Shown here: piece after piece, positions 25,975-35,934 of the stretch
Layout of the letters: each line of letters opens with the position of its first letter
Numbering within the stretch: the stretch's first letter is position 1
Origin: Candidatus Eiseniibacteriota bacterium
GTDB taxonomy: Bacteria > Eisenbacteria > RBG-16-71-46 > DASYSL01
Assembly (NCBI GenBank): GCA_046596055.1
Contig: JBKJNH010000212.1
Location: 1-39,762 of the forward strand
DNA: 39,762 nucleotides
Direction: 5' to 3'
The notes under the pieces: model-generated
Database searches by the model: none
What the model saw: the letters and a program-made list of their open reading frames with translations, nothing else
Told to the model about the DNA's origin: nothing
Program-made: the position numbers and the translations under genes

Positions 25975-26977
25975 TCAGGCGCGTCCGAATGCCCTCAGGG
26001 CAAGATAGCAGAGCCCCGCGACCAGCGCCGACATGGGCATGGTCAGCACCCAGGCCCACAGGATGCGCCCGGCGACGCCCCACTTCACGGCCGAGAGTCG
26101 CCGCGTCGAGCCCACGCCGACGATCGCTCCGGTGATCGTATGGGTGGTCGACACGGGGATGCCGGTGAGCGTCGCTCCGAACAGCGTAAGCGCGCCCGCC
26201 GTCTCGGCGCAGAAGCCGCCAACCGGCGCCAGCTTGGTGAGCTTCATGCCCATCGTCTTGACGATGCGCCACCCGCCGAACATGGTCCCGAGACCGATCG
26301 TCGCGTGGCTCGCCAGCACGACCCACAGCGGCACCTCGAACTCGCCCGTCAGGTTGCCGGTCGCGTAGAGCGCGACCGTGATGATGCCCATCGTTTTCTG
26401 CGCGTCGTTGCCGCCGTGTCCCAGGCTGAACGCGGCCGCCGAGAGCAATTGCAGTCGCCGGAAGACCGTGTCGACGAAGCGCGGGGTGGAGCGGAAGAAG
26501 ATCCACGACACGGCCATCATGAAGCACCAGCCGAGGGCCAGCCCGACCAACGGCGAAATGACGATGAACTGCATGATCTTGATCAGGCCCTTGACGATCA
26601 CCGCATCGGGTCCGGCACCGACGACCGCCGCGCCGACGAATCCGCCGATCAGCGCGTGCGACGACGACGTGGGCAGTCCCAGCCACCAGGTGATCAGGTT
26701 CCACACGATCGCGCCGGTGACCGCGGCGATCAGGATCGTCGGGGTGACGACCGCGGGATCGATGACGCCCTTGCCGATCGTCTTCGCCACGTGCGTGCCG
26801 AGCACCGCGAACGCCGCGAAGTTGAAGAACCCGGCCCACAGCACGGCCACCTTCGGCGACAGGACGCGCGTCGAGACGACCGTCGCGATCGAGTTCGCCG
26901 CGTTGAAAGCCGTTGATGAAGTCGAACGCGAGCGCGAGGACGATGATGACCCAGACTTCGGTCGAGAACGCGGGCAC
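25975..26977 (-). pseudogene. pit: PiT-family inorganic phosphate transporter, frameshifted near 26904
   Basis: Frame 1 ends FDFINGF; frame 2 resumes AANSIATVVSTRVL, GLPTSSSHALIGG, GHGGNDAQK, PVSTTH. The conserved GFHDAAN is two bases short. Confidence 0.85.
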
Positions 26978-26979
26978 GG

Positions 26980-27597
26980 CTACCGGTTCTTGATCACGAT
27001 CGTCTCGATCGTGTTGGCGACGTCCTCACACAGGTCGGCCGCGTTCTCGAGGCGGCCGTAGATTTCCTTCCAGCGCAACACGTCGAGCACCTCGTGCCGG
27101 CCGCTGAACAGGTCGGCGACCACCTCGCGGGAGATCACGTCGGCCTCGTTCTCCAGGCGATTGAGCTCGATGGTGAAGGCCATCAGGTTCTTGAAGTCCT
27201 TGAGGTTCGCCACGGCCTGCTCGATCTGGGCGCCGCACTTGACGAGGATCACCGACAGCTTGGCCGCTTCCGGCGTCGTGTTCGCGACATGGAACATGAC
27301 GAGTCGGCTGCCGATCGCCTCGACCGAGTCGAGCACGTCGTCGAGACCGCTGGCCAGCGCGTGGATGTCCTCGCGCTCGAGCGGCGTGATGAACGTGCGG
27401 TTGAGGCGCTCGAAGATCTCGTGGGTGACGAGGTCGCCCTGGTGCTCGACTTCCTTGAGCCGGCGCGCGCGCTCGTCGAGGTTGTCGAAGACGGTGATCA
27501 TCTCGTGGAGCTGGCGGCAACCCTCGCTGACCAGCGCTCCCTGCTTGACGAAGAGTGCGAAGAAATCCTCGTCCTGCGGGAAGAAGTTGAATTTCAC
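26980..27597 (-). CDS. DUF47 / PhoU-like Pit accessory protein
   Basis: EHQGDLVTHEIFERLNRTFITPLEREDI, LDDVLD, LENEAD, WKEIY; directly upstream of pit. Confidence 0.92.
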   Translation of the reverse strand: MKFNFFPQDEDFFALFVKQGALVSEGCRQLHEMITVFDNLDERARRLKEVEHQGDLVTHEIFERLNRTFITPLEREDIHALASGLDDVLDSVEAIGSRLVMFHVANTTPEAAKLSVILVKCGAQIEQAVANLKDFKNLMAFTIELNRLENEADVISREVVADLFSGRHEVLDVLRWKEIYGRLENAADLCEDVANTIETIVIKNR

Positions 27598-27664
27598 GGA
27601 GACCTCGCGGAGGGTCGGGGGCGCTGCTCGAGACAGTCCTGCGGGCGCAAGACCACATGCCTTG

Positions 27665-27709
27665 TTGATAGCACAGCGGCCGGTCAGCGGCAACTGACCC
27701 CGCTGTTAT
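27665..27709. promoter_or_regulatory. DUF47-pit promoter abutting a PHO-box-like pair
   Basis: Minus-strand TTGCCG-17-(TGn)TATCAA; plus-strand ACTGAC-N5-TGTTAT at 27693-27709 with an 11-bp period. Confidence 0.4.
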
Positions 27710-27780
27710 CTCGTTGACGCACAGTGGCTTGGAGTCGCGGTCCGGAGCCGGTTCCGGCCCCGGACCGGCGGAGGTCGGCG

Positions 27781-28416
27781 ATGGACGCATCGGAAGTCAT
27801 GGCGGCGCTGCTGGAATCGGCGTGGATCTCCGCGCGGGTCGCGGCGATCCTGTCGCTCGTCCTGACGTTCGTGGCGGTCGTCGGGATCCACGTCCGGGCT
27901 CATGCCGGCAAGGCGTCGGCGGTTCCGCCGCGCGTCCGGCCGCCGGGTTCGGCGCCGCGCCTCGCCGCGATGGCCGCCGTGGTCGTCGTGGGCGCATTCG
28001 CGACGGCGCGAACACCGGGACAGGTGGAGTGGTTTCCCGCCCCGGTCCAGGCGATCGCCGCCGCGGCCGCGGCGCTCTCGTGCCTGAGCGGAACGATGAT
28101 CGCCGTGTGGGCCGCCCTGTCGCTGGGCGCGAACTTCGCGGTCGGTGCGACGGTGCGCGGCGACGCCCGGGCCTCGCTCGTCACCTCCGGACCGTTCACG
28201 TTGGTCCGTCACCCGATGTACACCGCGCTCGGCCTGCTCTTCGCGGGTGCGGCGCTGGCCTGGGGCAGCCTGCTCGGGTTTGCGCTGGTGGGCTGCGCGT
28301 ACCCTTGGACGGCGCGCTGGCGCGCCGACCTCGAGGAGCAGGCGCTCGCCGCGGCGTGGCCGGAGGAGTGGCGCACCTACGCGGCGCGGACGCCGCGGTT
28401 CCTGCCCCGGATGTGA
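27781..28416 (+). CDS. Isoprenylcysteine carboxyl methyltransferase / PEMT-family membrane protein
   Basis: LVTSGPFTLVRHPMY, EEQAL, YAARTPRFLP; SD GGAGGT. Confidence 0.85.
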   Translation: MDASEVMAALLESAWISARVAAILSLVLTFVAVVGIHVRAHAGKASAVPPRVRPPGSAPRLAAMAAVVVVGAFATARTPGQVEWFPAPVQAIAAAAAALSCLSGTMIAVWAALSLGANFAVGATVRGDARASLVTSGPFTLVRHPMYTALGLLFAGAALAWGSLLGFALVGCAYPWTARWRADLEEQALAAAWPEEWRTYAARTPRFLPRM

Positions 28417-28423
28417 GCCGCGC

Positions 28424-29095
28424 CTAGTTTGCCTGGCGCTCTTCCATGTGGTGCTTCACCACGCGCGCCTCGGCGATGAACACGACCTCCTCGGCGACGT
28501 TCGTCGCCAGGTCGGCGACCCGCTCCAGGTTCCGCGACACGAGGATCAGTTCGATCGAGCGCGAGATCGTCTCGGGCTTCTCGATCATGAACGACAGCAG
28601 CTCGCGGAAGAGCTGGCTCTTCAGGTGGTCGACCTCGTCGTCCTCGGTGAGGACGGTCCGCGCCGCCGCCGCGTCGTTGCGCACGAACGCGTCGAGCGCC
28701 TCGGTGAGCATCCGCGTCGCGATCGTGGCCATGCGTGGGATGTCGATCAGCGGCTTGAGCTCGGCCTCGGCCGACAGCTTGATCGCCGACTGGGCGATGT
28801 TCACGGCATGATCGCCCACCCGCTCCAGGTCGTTCACGATCTTGAGCGCCGAGATGATGAAGCGCAGGTCCTGTCCCACGGGTTGGCGCAGCGCAAGCAG
28901 CCGGACGCAGCGCTCGTCGATTTCGACCTCGAGCTGATCGATGGCCCGGTCTTCCGCGAAGATCTCCTCGGCCAGAGCGCGATCCCGCCGCTTCAGGGCG
29001 TCGATCGCCTTGTGCACGGAGGCCTCGGCCCGGCCCCCCATGAGCAGGAGGCGGGACTTCAGTTCGTTCAGCTCCTCGTCGAAATGCCGTTCCAT
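28424..29095 (-). CDS. phoU: Phosphate signalling protein PhoU
   Basis: LALRQPVGQDLR, DLERVGDHAVNIA, RNLERVADLATNVAEEV. Confidence 0.95.
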   Translation of the reverse strand: MERHFDEELNELKSRLLLMGGRAEASVHKAIDALKRRDRALAEEIFAEDRAIDQLEVEIDERCVRLLALRQPVGQDLRFIISALKIVNDLERVGDHAVNIAQSAIKLSAEAELKPLIDIPRMATIATRMLTEALDAFVRNDAAAARTVLTEDDEVDHLKSQLFRELLSFMIEKPETISRSIELILVSRNLERVADLATNVAEEVVFIAEARVVKHHMEERQAN

Positions 29096-29117
29096 GCGCT
29101 CCCCTCGCCGCCCGGGA

Positions 29118-29981
29118 TCAACCGAAGCGGCCGCTGATGTAGTCCTCGGTCAGGCGCTCGGCCGGCTGGGTGAAGATCCTCGCCGTGTCGTCGTACTCGA
29201 CCAGCCGCCCCTGCATGAGGAACGCCGTCCGGTCCGAGATGCGCGCCGCCTGCTGCATGTTGTGAGTCACCACCACGATGGTATAGCGCGCCTTCAGGTC
29301 GAGCACCAGCTCCTCGATCTTCGCCGTCGACGTCGGGTCCAGCGCCGACGCGGGCTCGTCCATGAGCAGCACCTCGGGCTCGACCGCGAGGCTGCGCGCG
29401 ATGCACACCCGCTGCTGCTGCCCGCCCGACAGGCGGAGCGCCGAGTCCTTGAGCCGGTCCTTCACCTCTTCCCACAGGGCCGCCTGGCGAAGCGTGCGCT
29501 CGACCAGGTCGTCGAGCTCGCCGCTCGACTTCATGCCGAACATGCGGGGCCCGAACGCCACGTTCTCGTAGATCGACTTGGGAAACGGGTTGGCGCGCTG
29601 GAACACCATGCCGACGCGGCGGCGCAGATCGACCACGTCGACGCCCGCGGCGTACAGGTCGGTGCCGTCGAGCCACGCGGTGCCTTCCACCTTCACGCCC
29701 TCGATCAGGTCGTTCATGCGATTGAACGAGCGCAGCAGCGTCGACTTGCCGCAGCCCGACGGGCCGATCAGCGCCGTCACCGATCGCTCGGGGATCGACA
29801 GCGTCACGCCGTGCAGCGCCTGCGTCTTGCCGTAGAAGAGCGAGAGCGCGTCGGCCCGGAGGATCTCGCGCCCGGCGGCCGCGGGTCGCGCGCCGTCGAC
29901 CGGAGCGTGGACGCGCGGGAGCGGGCGCGGCGGCCCCGGCGCGGCGGGAGCGATTGGAGCGTCGCTCAAGGTGGTCTTCAT
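29118..29981 (-). CDS. pstB: Phosphate ABC transporter ATPase
   Basis: [40 protein letters not shown]. Confidence 0.96.
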   Translation of the reverse strand: MKTTLSDAPIAPAAPGPPRPLPRVHAPVDGARPAAAGREILRADALSLFYGKTQALHGVTLSIPERSVTALIGPSGCGKSTLLRSFNRMNDLIEGVKVEGTAWLDGTDLYAAGVDVVDLRRRVGMVFQRANPFPKSIYENVAFGPRMFGMKSSGELDDLVERTLRQAALWEEVKDRLKDSALRLSGGQQQRVCIARSLAVEPEVLLMDEPASALDPTSTAKIEELVLDLKARYTIVVVTHNMQQAARISDRTAFLMQGRLVEYDDTARIFTQPAERLTEDYISGRFG

Positions 29982-29982
29982 G

Positions 29983-30948
29983 TCAGTCCCTCAGGCCCAT
30001 GCGCCGGCGCAGCCGCGCGCGCAGCACGATGGCGGTGAAGTTGAGCGCGAACGTCAGCAGCAGCAGCACGAGCACGGTACCGTAGAGCAGCGGCAGGGTC
30101 TGCTCGACGTTCGGCGACTGGGTGGCCAGCACGTAGACGTGATAACCGAGTTCCATGAACTGGTCGGTCAACGCCGTCGGCAGGTACGGCAGGTAGTACG
30201 CCGCACCGGTGAACAGGATTGGCGCCACTTCGCCGGCACCACGGCTCACCGCCAGGATCGCGCCGGTGAGGACGCCGGGCAGCGCCTGCGGCAGGACGAC
30301 ATGCCACACGGTCTGCCAGCGCGTCGCCCCGAGCGCGAGCGAGCCCTCGCGGGCTGAGCGCGGCACCGCGCGCAGCGCCTCCTCGGTCGACACGATGACG
30401 ACGGGCAGGTTGAGCAGGGCCAGCGTCAGCGCCGCCCAGAGAATCGCCGGCTGGCCGAACTGGACGCCCTGGCCCAGCGCGCCATCGATGCCGCGCCCCA
30501 TGAACTGGATGAAGAAGCCCAGGCCGAACAGACCGAAGACGATCGACGGCACGCCCGCCAGGTTGTTCACCGCGAAGCGCACGGCGCGGGTCACCGGCGA
30601 GTTCGCCCGCGCGTACTCGTGCAGGTAGACCGCGGCGAGTACGCCGATCGGGAGCACGGCGATGATCATGAGGAAGACGAGCAGCACGGTTCCGTAGATG
30701 GCCGGGAAGATGCCGCCCTCGGTCATCCCGTTCTCCGGGTTGCCGAGCAGGAACGTGGGCGTCACCGTACGCCATCCGCCGATCACGATCGTTCCCAGGA
30801 TCACGCCGACGATGAGCACGATCCACAACGTCGCCAGGCCCGTCACGCCCGTCCACAGCACGTTCCAGCCCGCCTGCGCGGCGCGGCGCGCCGGGTTCGC
30901 CAGTTTGCGGACCGACGGACCGGGCACGACGTTCGGGAAGACGCTCAC
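29983..30948 (-). CDS. pstA: Phosphate ABC transporter permease
   Basis: [46 protein letters not shown]. Confidence 0.93.
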   Translation of the reverse strand: MSVFPNVVPGPSVRKLANPARRAAQAGWNVLWTGVTGLATLWIVLIVGVILGTIVIGGWRTVTPTFLLGNPENGMTEGGIFPAIYGTVLLVFLMIIAVLPIGVLAAVYLHEYARANSPVTRAVRFAVNNLAGVPSIVFGLFGLGFFIQFMGRGIDGALGQGVQFGQPAILWAALTLALLNLPVVIVSTEEALRAVPRSAREGSLALGATRWQTVWHVVLPQALPGVLTGAILAVSRGAGEVAPILFTGAAYYLPYLPTALTDQFMELGYHVYVLATQSPNVEQTLPLLYGTVLVLLLLTFALNFTAIVLRARLRRRMGLRD

Positions 30949-30950
30949 GA

Positions 30951-31889
30951 TCAGGCCCCGACCAGGCGGCGGCGCATGCGGTCGACCATGAGGCCGGCGG
31001 CGACGTTGAGCACGAACGTGATGATGAAGAGGAGGCCGCCGATGAAGTACAGGGTCGAGTAGTGCGGGCTGCCGACGACCACCTCGGCGAGCTCGGCGGC
31101 GATCGTCGCCGACATGGTGCGGATCGAGTCGAACGCCGACCACGAGGTGATGGCGGCGTTGCCCGAGGCCATGAGCACGATCATCGTCTCGCCCACCGCG
31201 CGCCCCAGGCCGAGCATGACGGCGGCGAAGATCCCCGCCCAGGCGGCCGGCAGCGTGACGCAGAACGCGGTCTGCCACGCGCTGGCGCCCAGCGCCAGCG
31301 ACGCCTCGCGATACGACGACGGCACGGCGCGCAGCGCGTCCTCGCTGACCGAGTAGACGACCGGGATGATCGAGAACCCGAGCGCCAGCCCCGCGTTGAA
31401 GGCATTGAGCCGGGTCGGCGCGCCGGTCACCGCCTGAACCGCCGTGGCCAGCACGATGAGGGCGAAGAACCCGAGCACGACCGACGGGATGCCGGCGAGC
31501 AGCTCGACGACCGGCTTGAGGAACTCGCGGGCGGCGCGCGGAGCGAACTCGGCCGTGTACAACGCGGCGAGCACGGCGACGGGCACGGCCGTCAGGACGG
31601 CGATGAGCGTCGCCTTGAGCGAGCCGATGAGCAGCGGGATGAACGAGTACTTGGGGTGGTCCGACACGGGCTGCCACGAGCCGGGGCTGAAGAACTTCGC
31701 GAGGTTGGCCTCGAGCTGCGTCTCGCGGTCGAGCAGGATCGGCAGCGCCTCGCGGAACACGAAGACGAAAATCAGGACGATCCCCGTCACGGTGAGGAGC
31801 GCCGAAGCGGCGATGGCCATCTCGGCGAAGCGATCGATGCGCCGGCGTCGATGGTCGACCGGACGGGCGAGAAGCGGCGGGGCGGGCAT
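30951..31889 (-). CDS. pstC: Phosphate ABC transporter permease
   Basis: ELLAGIPSVVLG, EASLALGA, GRAVGETMIV. Confidence 0.93.
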   Translation of the reverse strand: MPAPPLLARPVDHRRRRIDRFAEMAIAASALLTVTGIVLIFVFVFREALPILLDRETQLEANLAKFFSPGSWQPVSDHPKYSFIPLLIGSLKATLIAVLTAVPVAVLAALYTAEFAPRAAREFLKPVVELLAGIPSVVLGFFALIVLATAVQAVTGAPTRLNAFNAGLALGFSIIPVVYSVSEDALRAVPSSYREASLALGASAWQTAFCVTLPAAWAGIFAAVMLGLGRAVGETMIVLMASGNAAITSWSAFDSIRTMSATIAAELAEVVVGSPHYSTLYFIGGLLFIITFVLNVAAGLMVDRMRRRLVGA

Positions 31890-32728
31890 CAGCGGATCGG
31901 GAAGTACCCGACCTCCTTGACGTGGGCCTGCCCCGGCTCCGAGAGGACCCAGGCGACGAGGTCCCGCGCGGCCTGCGGCGCCTTCGCGCTGACGTACCAG
32001 TAGAGCGGCCGGGACAGCGGGTAGGCGCCGCTCTTGATCGTCTCCTCGGTGGGCTCGACCGGCGCGCCGGCGGCGCCGAGAATCCCCAGGTGCTTGATCC
32101 CCGCGCCGTACGCGATGCCGCCGTAGCCGATGCCGTTCTCGTCCTGCATCACGGCGTTGACGACGGCGGCGGTGCCAGGCAGCGTCTGCGCCCGCTCGAC
32201 GAAGTCGGCCCCGCCCAGCACGTGCTCCTTGAAGAACACGTACGTGCCCGAGTTGTTCTCGCGGCTGTAAACGACGATCGGCTTGTCGGGTCCGCCCAGG
32301 TCCTTCCAGTTGGCGATCGTCCCGGTGTAGATGCCCTTCAGCTGCTCCATCGAGATCGTCGTCAGCGGGTTCGAGGCGTGGACGTAGACGGTGACCCCGT
32401 CGCGGGCGACCGCATGCTCCTCGACCGCGCCGCCGCCGGCCTTCTCGGCCTGCTGCTTCTCCTCGTCCTTCATCGGTCGCGAGGACTGGGCGATATCGAT
32501 GGTCCCGTTGATGAGCTGCGCGATCCCGGTGCCCGATCCGCCGCCGGTGACGGCGACGACGGCTCCGGGGTGCGCCTTCATGTACTCGTCGGACCACTTC
32601 TGGCCGAGGATGACCATGGTGTCCGAGCCCTTGACGTTGACGCTCTTCGCCCGGTCGCGCCCGCCACAGCCGGCGAGGAACGGAACGACGAGGACGAGCG
32701 CGATGGCGGTCCAGCGGCGAGCATGCAT
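31889..32728 (-). CDS. pstS: Phosphate-binding lipoprotein
   Basis: Lipobox LAGC, KGSDTM, GGGSGTG, SRENNSGT, YPLSRPLY. Confidence 0.95.
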   Translation of the reverse strand: MHARRWTAIALVLVVPFLAGCGGRDRAKSVNVKGSDTMVILGQKWSDEYMKAHPGAVVAVTGGGSGTGIAQLINGTIDIAQSSRPMKDEEKQQAEKAGGGAVEEHAVARDGVTVYVHASNPLTTISMEQLKGIYTGTIANWKDLGGPDKPIVVYSRENNSGTYVFFKEHVLGGADFVERAQTLPGTAAVVNAVMQDENGIGYGGIAYGAGIKHLGILGAAGAPVEPTEETIKSGAYPLSRPLYWYVSAKAPQAARDLVAWVLSEPGQAHVKEVGYFPIR

Positions 32729-32815
32729 CGAGGGTCTCCTGACGACGGGTGCCCGCGGCCGCGACCGACGTCGCATGGGCCGGGGCGGGACGAACGGCCT
32801 CTCCGGATCGTCGTC

Positions 32816-32870
32816 AGAATGCGGGCGATCGGTTGCCTATCCGTTGCCGCCGTGTAACAACCGTGTGAAC
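32816..32870 (-). promoter_or_regulatory. Four 11-bp-periodic PHO-box-like half sites plus -10 element upstream of pstS
   Basis: Minus-strand GTTCAC-N5-TGTTAC-N5-GGCAAC-N5-GGCAAC, then 10 nt, then CATTCT. Confidence 0.65.
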
Positions 32871-33307
32871 GGGCTGCGGGCGCGGCTCTTCTCGGCCCAG
32901 GCCAGCGCGCCTTCCACGCTCCCCCAGCAGCGGCGAACCCGGCCCGCCAGCTCCGGTCGCGCGGCCTGGAGCGCGGCGTCGTCGGCCCCGGGGTGCTCGA
33001 TCAGGAAGCGGGACAGGGCGTGCCACAGGGCGCGTCGCTGGTCGCGCAGCAGCAGCCCACGGCGCAGGCTCTGGTCGAGTTCCCGGCCGTAGTCGATCCC
33101 GGCGGCGGCGACCGCCTCGCGCCACGAGCCGAACGCCCGGCGCGCCTGGGCATAGAGCGCCGGGTGCGTCCGGTGGATGCGGGACAGGGCGCCCGCCTGC
33201 TGGTGCAGGTCGCGAATCGTGGCGAGCAGGTGGGCCCGCACTTCGTCCTTCCCGGTCATCGTCCCGTCCGCCGTGTCCTCGGGCAGCAGGGTTTCCATGG
33301 CGCTCAT
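32837..33307 (-). CDS. Hypothetical protein with two 'FGSW..A...AG' helical repeats (homing-endonuclease-associated repeat-like)
   Basis: LYAQARRAFGSWREAVAAAGIDY and a degenerate LAGRVRRCWGSVEGALAWA; SD GGAGGA. Confidence 0.7.
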   Translation of the reverse strand: MSAMETLLPEDTADGTMTGKDEVRAHLLATIRDLHQQAGALSRIHRTHPALYAQARRAFGSWREAVAAAGIDYGRELDQSLRRGLLLRDQRRALWHALSRFLIEHPGADDAALQAARPELAGRVRRCWGSVEGALAWAEKSRARSPFTRLLHGGNG

Positions 33308-33445
33308 GTGTCGGGTCCTCCCTCGTCGGCGGTCGGTGGGCCAGCGTGTCCAGCTCGCGGCGGCCGAACTCGAGGCGACCGAGCGCAACGACGAGGGACA
33401 CGCGAAGACGATCGCCTCCTGGTTTGAAGAACCGGGGACCACGAG

Positions 33446-33462
33446 GTAACAGCGCGGTTAAA
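33446..33462 (-). promoter_or_regulatory. PHO-box-like pair upstream of the GSW-repeat gene
   Basis: Minus-strand TTTAAC-N5-TGTTAC with an 11-bp period, matching the pstS site. Confidence 0.55.
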
Positions 33463-33488
33463 TCGCGGCGGGGTGTGGCGGCGGAGGG

Positions 33489-35234
33489 CTACGCGAGGCG
33501 GGGCAGGCGCACGGTGAAGCGCGCCCCGCCGCCGGGGCGATTCGCGAACTCGACCGTGCCGTGATGCAGTTCGGCGATGTGGCGAACGATCGACAGCCCC
33601 AGGCCGGTGCCGGGAATGTCGCGCGAGCGCGCGGCGTCGACGCGATAAAAGCGCTCGAAGATGCGCGAGCGCGCGTCCTCGGGCACCCCGGGCCCGGTGT
33701 CCTCGACGTCGAGCGAAACCGCGGCGCCGTCGGTCGCCACGCGCACCGTGACGCCGCCAGCCTCGGTGTACTTGAGCGCGTTGTCCACCAGGTTGAACAG
33801 CATCTGCTCGATCCGGCCGCGCTCTCCCAGCACCATGACCGGTCGCTCGGGCGTCGCGCACTCGAGCACGAGTCCCGACTTGCGCGCGCGGGGCAATAGC
33901 GCCGCGGTGACTGCCCGGGACACCTGCCCCAGGTCGACGGGGCCCAGCGCCAGCGCTGCGTCGGGGCGCTCGAGCTCGGCCAGCACGAGCAGGTCCTCGG
34001 TGATCGCCTGCAGGCGCGCCGCCTGATCGCGGATCGTCTCGACGAACTCGCGCCGCCGCGCCGCGTCGTCGAGCCCGCCGTCGAGCAGCGTCTCGGCGTA
34101 ACCCAGGATCGAGGTCAGCGGCGTCTTCAGCTCGTGCGACACGTTGGCCACGAAGTCCTGGCGCACGCGCTCGAGGTGTCGGATCGGCGTGAGATCGCGC
34201 ACGACCAGCAGGAGCGAGCCGTCGGCCAGCCGGGTGGCCACCGCGTCGAGCGTGCGCTCCGCCGCGCCACGCAGCACCAGCTCGCGACGCACCGGGCCGG
34301 CGGAGACGCGCGCCTCGGTGAGGAACGCGTCGAGTTCCGGCAGCCGGCACCACTCCGTGAACCGCTCGCCGATGCCGGCCTTCCCCCCCAGGCCCAGGGC
34401 CCGCGCGAGCGCCGCATTGGCGTGGACGATCGCACCGGGCGCGTCGAGCAGCACGACGCCGTCGGTCATCGCGGCGAGCATCTCCTCGCGCATGTCACGC
34501 TCGGCGGCGACCTTCTCGAGTGTGTGGCGAAGGCCGGCCGCCATGCGGTTGACCATGCGCGCGACCTCGGTGATTTCGTCCTGTCCTTCCTCCGAGGCGC
34601 GCGCCCCAAGGTCGCCCGCCTCGAGGCGCCGCGCCACGTCCTCGAAGGCGCGCAGTCGCCGCGCCGCCGGCCGGGCGCGCCACAGCGCGACGACCAGGCC
34701 GAACCCGAACGCGCCGGCGGCCAGCGCCCACAGCGCCGACAGCCCGTCGCGCACGTGCGCGCGCAGGCCCTCGAGCGGCATGGCGACGCGCACCACCGCA
34801 CCCTCCGGCGCGGGCAGGCATCGCGCCACGTAGAGGTATTCCTCGCCGGTCGTGCCGCTGCGCCGGCGGTCGCGTCCGAACTCCTCGGCGCGCGCGCCGA
34901 TGACTTCGGGACGGTCGCCATGGCTCCCGATGGCGGCAAGCGAGTCGGTCCGTACGCGCGAGTCGCCCAGCACCGCGCCGTCACCGGCGATCACGGTCAC
35001 GCGGTGCTCGAGCCCGGCGCCGATCAGGTCGGCCCACGCGTCGACCGCGCGCGCATCGCCGGCTCGTACAGCGTCGACCGGCACGAGCGTGGCGAGCAGC
35101 CCGGCGTCACGGCGCAGTTGCGCCTCGAGCGCCGCCTCGACCGAGCGGCGTTCCTGTTGGCCGAGGGAGTAGGCGAGGGCGGCGAGCGCGACCGCGAATG
35201 CGATCAGGAGGCCGGTGACGAGGGAGCGGATCAT
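33489..35234 (-). CDS. phoR: Phosphate regulon sensor histidine kinase (2 TM, HAMP, PAS, HisKA, HATPase)
   Basis: DFVANVSHELKTPLT, NLVDNALKY, DTGPG, IFERFYRVD, GTGLGL; periplasmic HxDRPEV motif. Confidence 0.93.
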   Translation of the reverse strand: MIRSLVTGLLIAFAVALAALAYSLGQQERRSVEAALEAQLRRDAGLLATLVPVDAVRAGDARAVDAWADLIGAGLEHRVTVIAGDGAVLGDSRVRTDSLAAIGSHGDRPEVIGARAEEFGRDRRRSGTTGEEYLYVARCLPAPEGAVVRVAMPLEGLRAHVRDGLSALWALAAGAFGFGLVVALWRARPAARRLRAFEDVARRLEAGDLGARASEEGQDEITEVARMVNRMAAGLRHTLEKVAAERDMREEMLAAMTDGVVLLDAPGAIVHANAALARALGLGGKAGIGERFTEWCRLPELDAFLTEARVSAGPVRRELVLRGAAERTLDAVATRLADGSLLLVVRDLTPIRHLERVRQDFVANVSHELKTPLTSILGYAETLLDGGLDDAARRREFVETIRDQAARLQAITEDLLVLAELERPDAALALGPVDLGQVSRAVTAALLPRARKSGLVLECATPERPVMVLGERGRIEQMLFNLVDNALKYTEAGGVTVRVATDGAAVSLDVEDTGPGVPEDARSRIFERFYRVDAARSRDIPGTGLGLSIVRHIAELHHGTVEFANRPGGGARFTVRLPRLA

Positions 35235-35250
35235 CGCCGGACCGGCCCGT

Positions 35251-35934
35251 TCAGCGGACCACGAACTTGTAGCCGGAGCCGGTGACGGTGGCGATCATCG
35301 TCGCGGCGGCGGGGCCGAGCTTGGCGCGCAGGCGGCGCACGTGCACGTCGACGGTCCGGGTCTCGCCGCGGAAGTCGTAGCCCCACACCTTGCTCAGGAG
35401 TTCGTCGCGCGAGAACACCCGCCCGGGATGGCGGGCGAGGAAGTAGAGCAGCTCGTATTCGCGCGGGGTCAGCGTCAGCTCGGCGCCGTCGAGTCGCACC
35501 TCGCGCTTCGCGTTGTCGAGCGTGAGCCCGCCGGCCGCGAGCGTGGCGGGCGCGGGGGCGGGGCGTGTCCGGCGCAGCACCGCCTCGACGCGGGCGATCA
35601 CTTCCTTGGGCGAGAACGGTTTGGTGATGTAGTCGTCGGCCCCGCGCTCGAAGCCAAGGAGCTTGTCCATCTCGGCGCCGCGCGCGGTCAGTAGGACGAT
35701 GGGCAGGTCGCGGGTCGAGGGCTCGGCGCGCACCTCGCGCAGGATCTCGAGGCCGTTGAGGCCGGGCAGCAGCAGGTCGAGCAGCACCAGGTCGGGGTGC
35801 GTCGCGAAGATGCGGGCAAGACCCTCCTCGCCGGCCGCCGACACCAGCACCTGATAACCCGCGCGCTCCAGGTTGTAGCGCAGGAGTTCGCGAATTTCGC
35901 GCTCGTCGTCGACGATGAGAATGGTGGCAGCCAC
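35251..35934 (-). CDS. phoB: OmpR/PhoB-family response regulator
   Basis: ILIVDDE, LLDLLLP, GADDYITKPFS, RTVDVHVRRLR; adjacent to phoR and the pst genes. Confidence 0.9.
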   Translation of the reverse strand: MAATILIVDDEREIRELLRYNLERAGYQVLVSAAGEEGLARIFATHPDLVLLDLLLPGLNGLEILREVRAEPSTRDLPIVLLTARGAEMDKLLGFERGADDYITKPFSPKEVIARVEAVLRRTRPAPAPATLAAGGLTLDNAKREVRLDGAELTLTPREYELLYFLARHPGRVFSRDELLSKVWGYDFRGETRTVDVHVRRLRAKLGPAAATMIATVTGSGYKFVVR

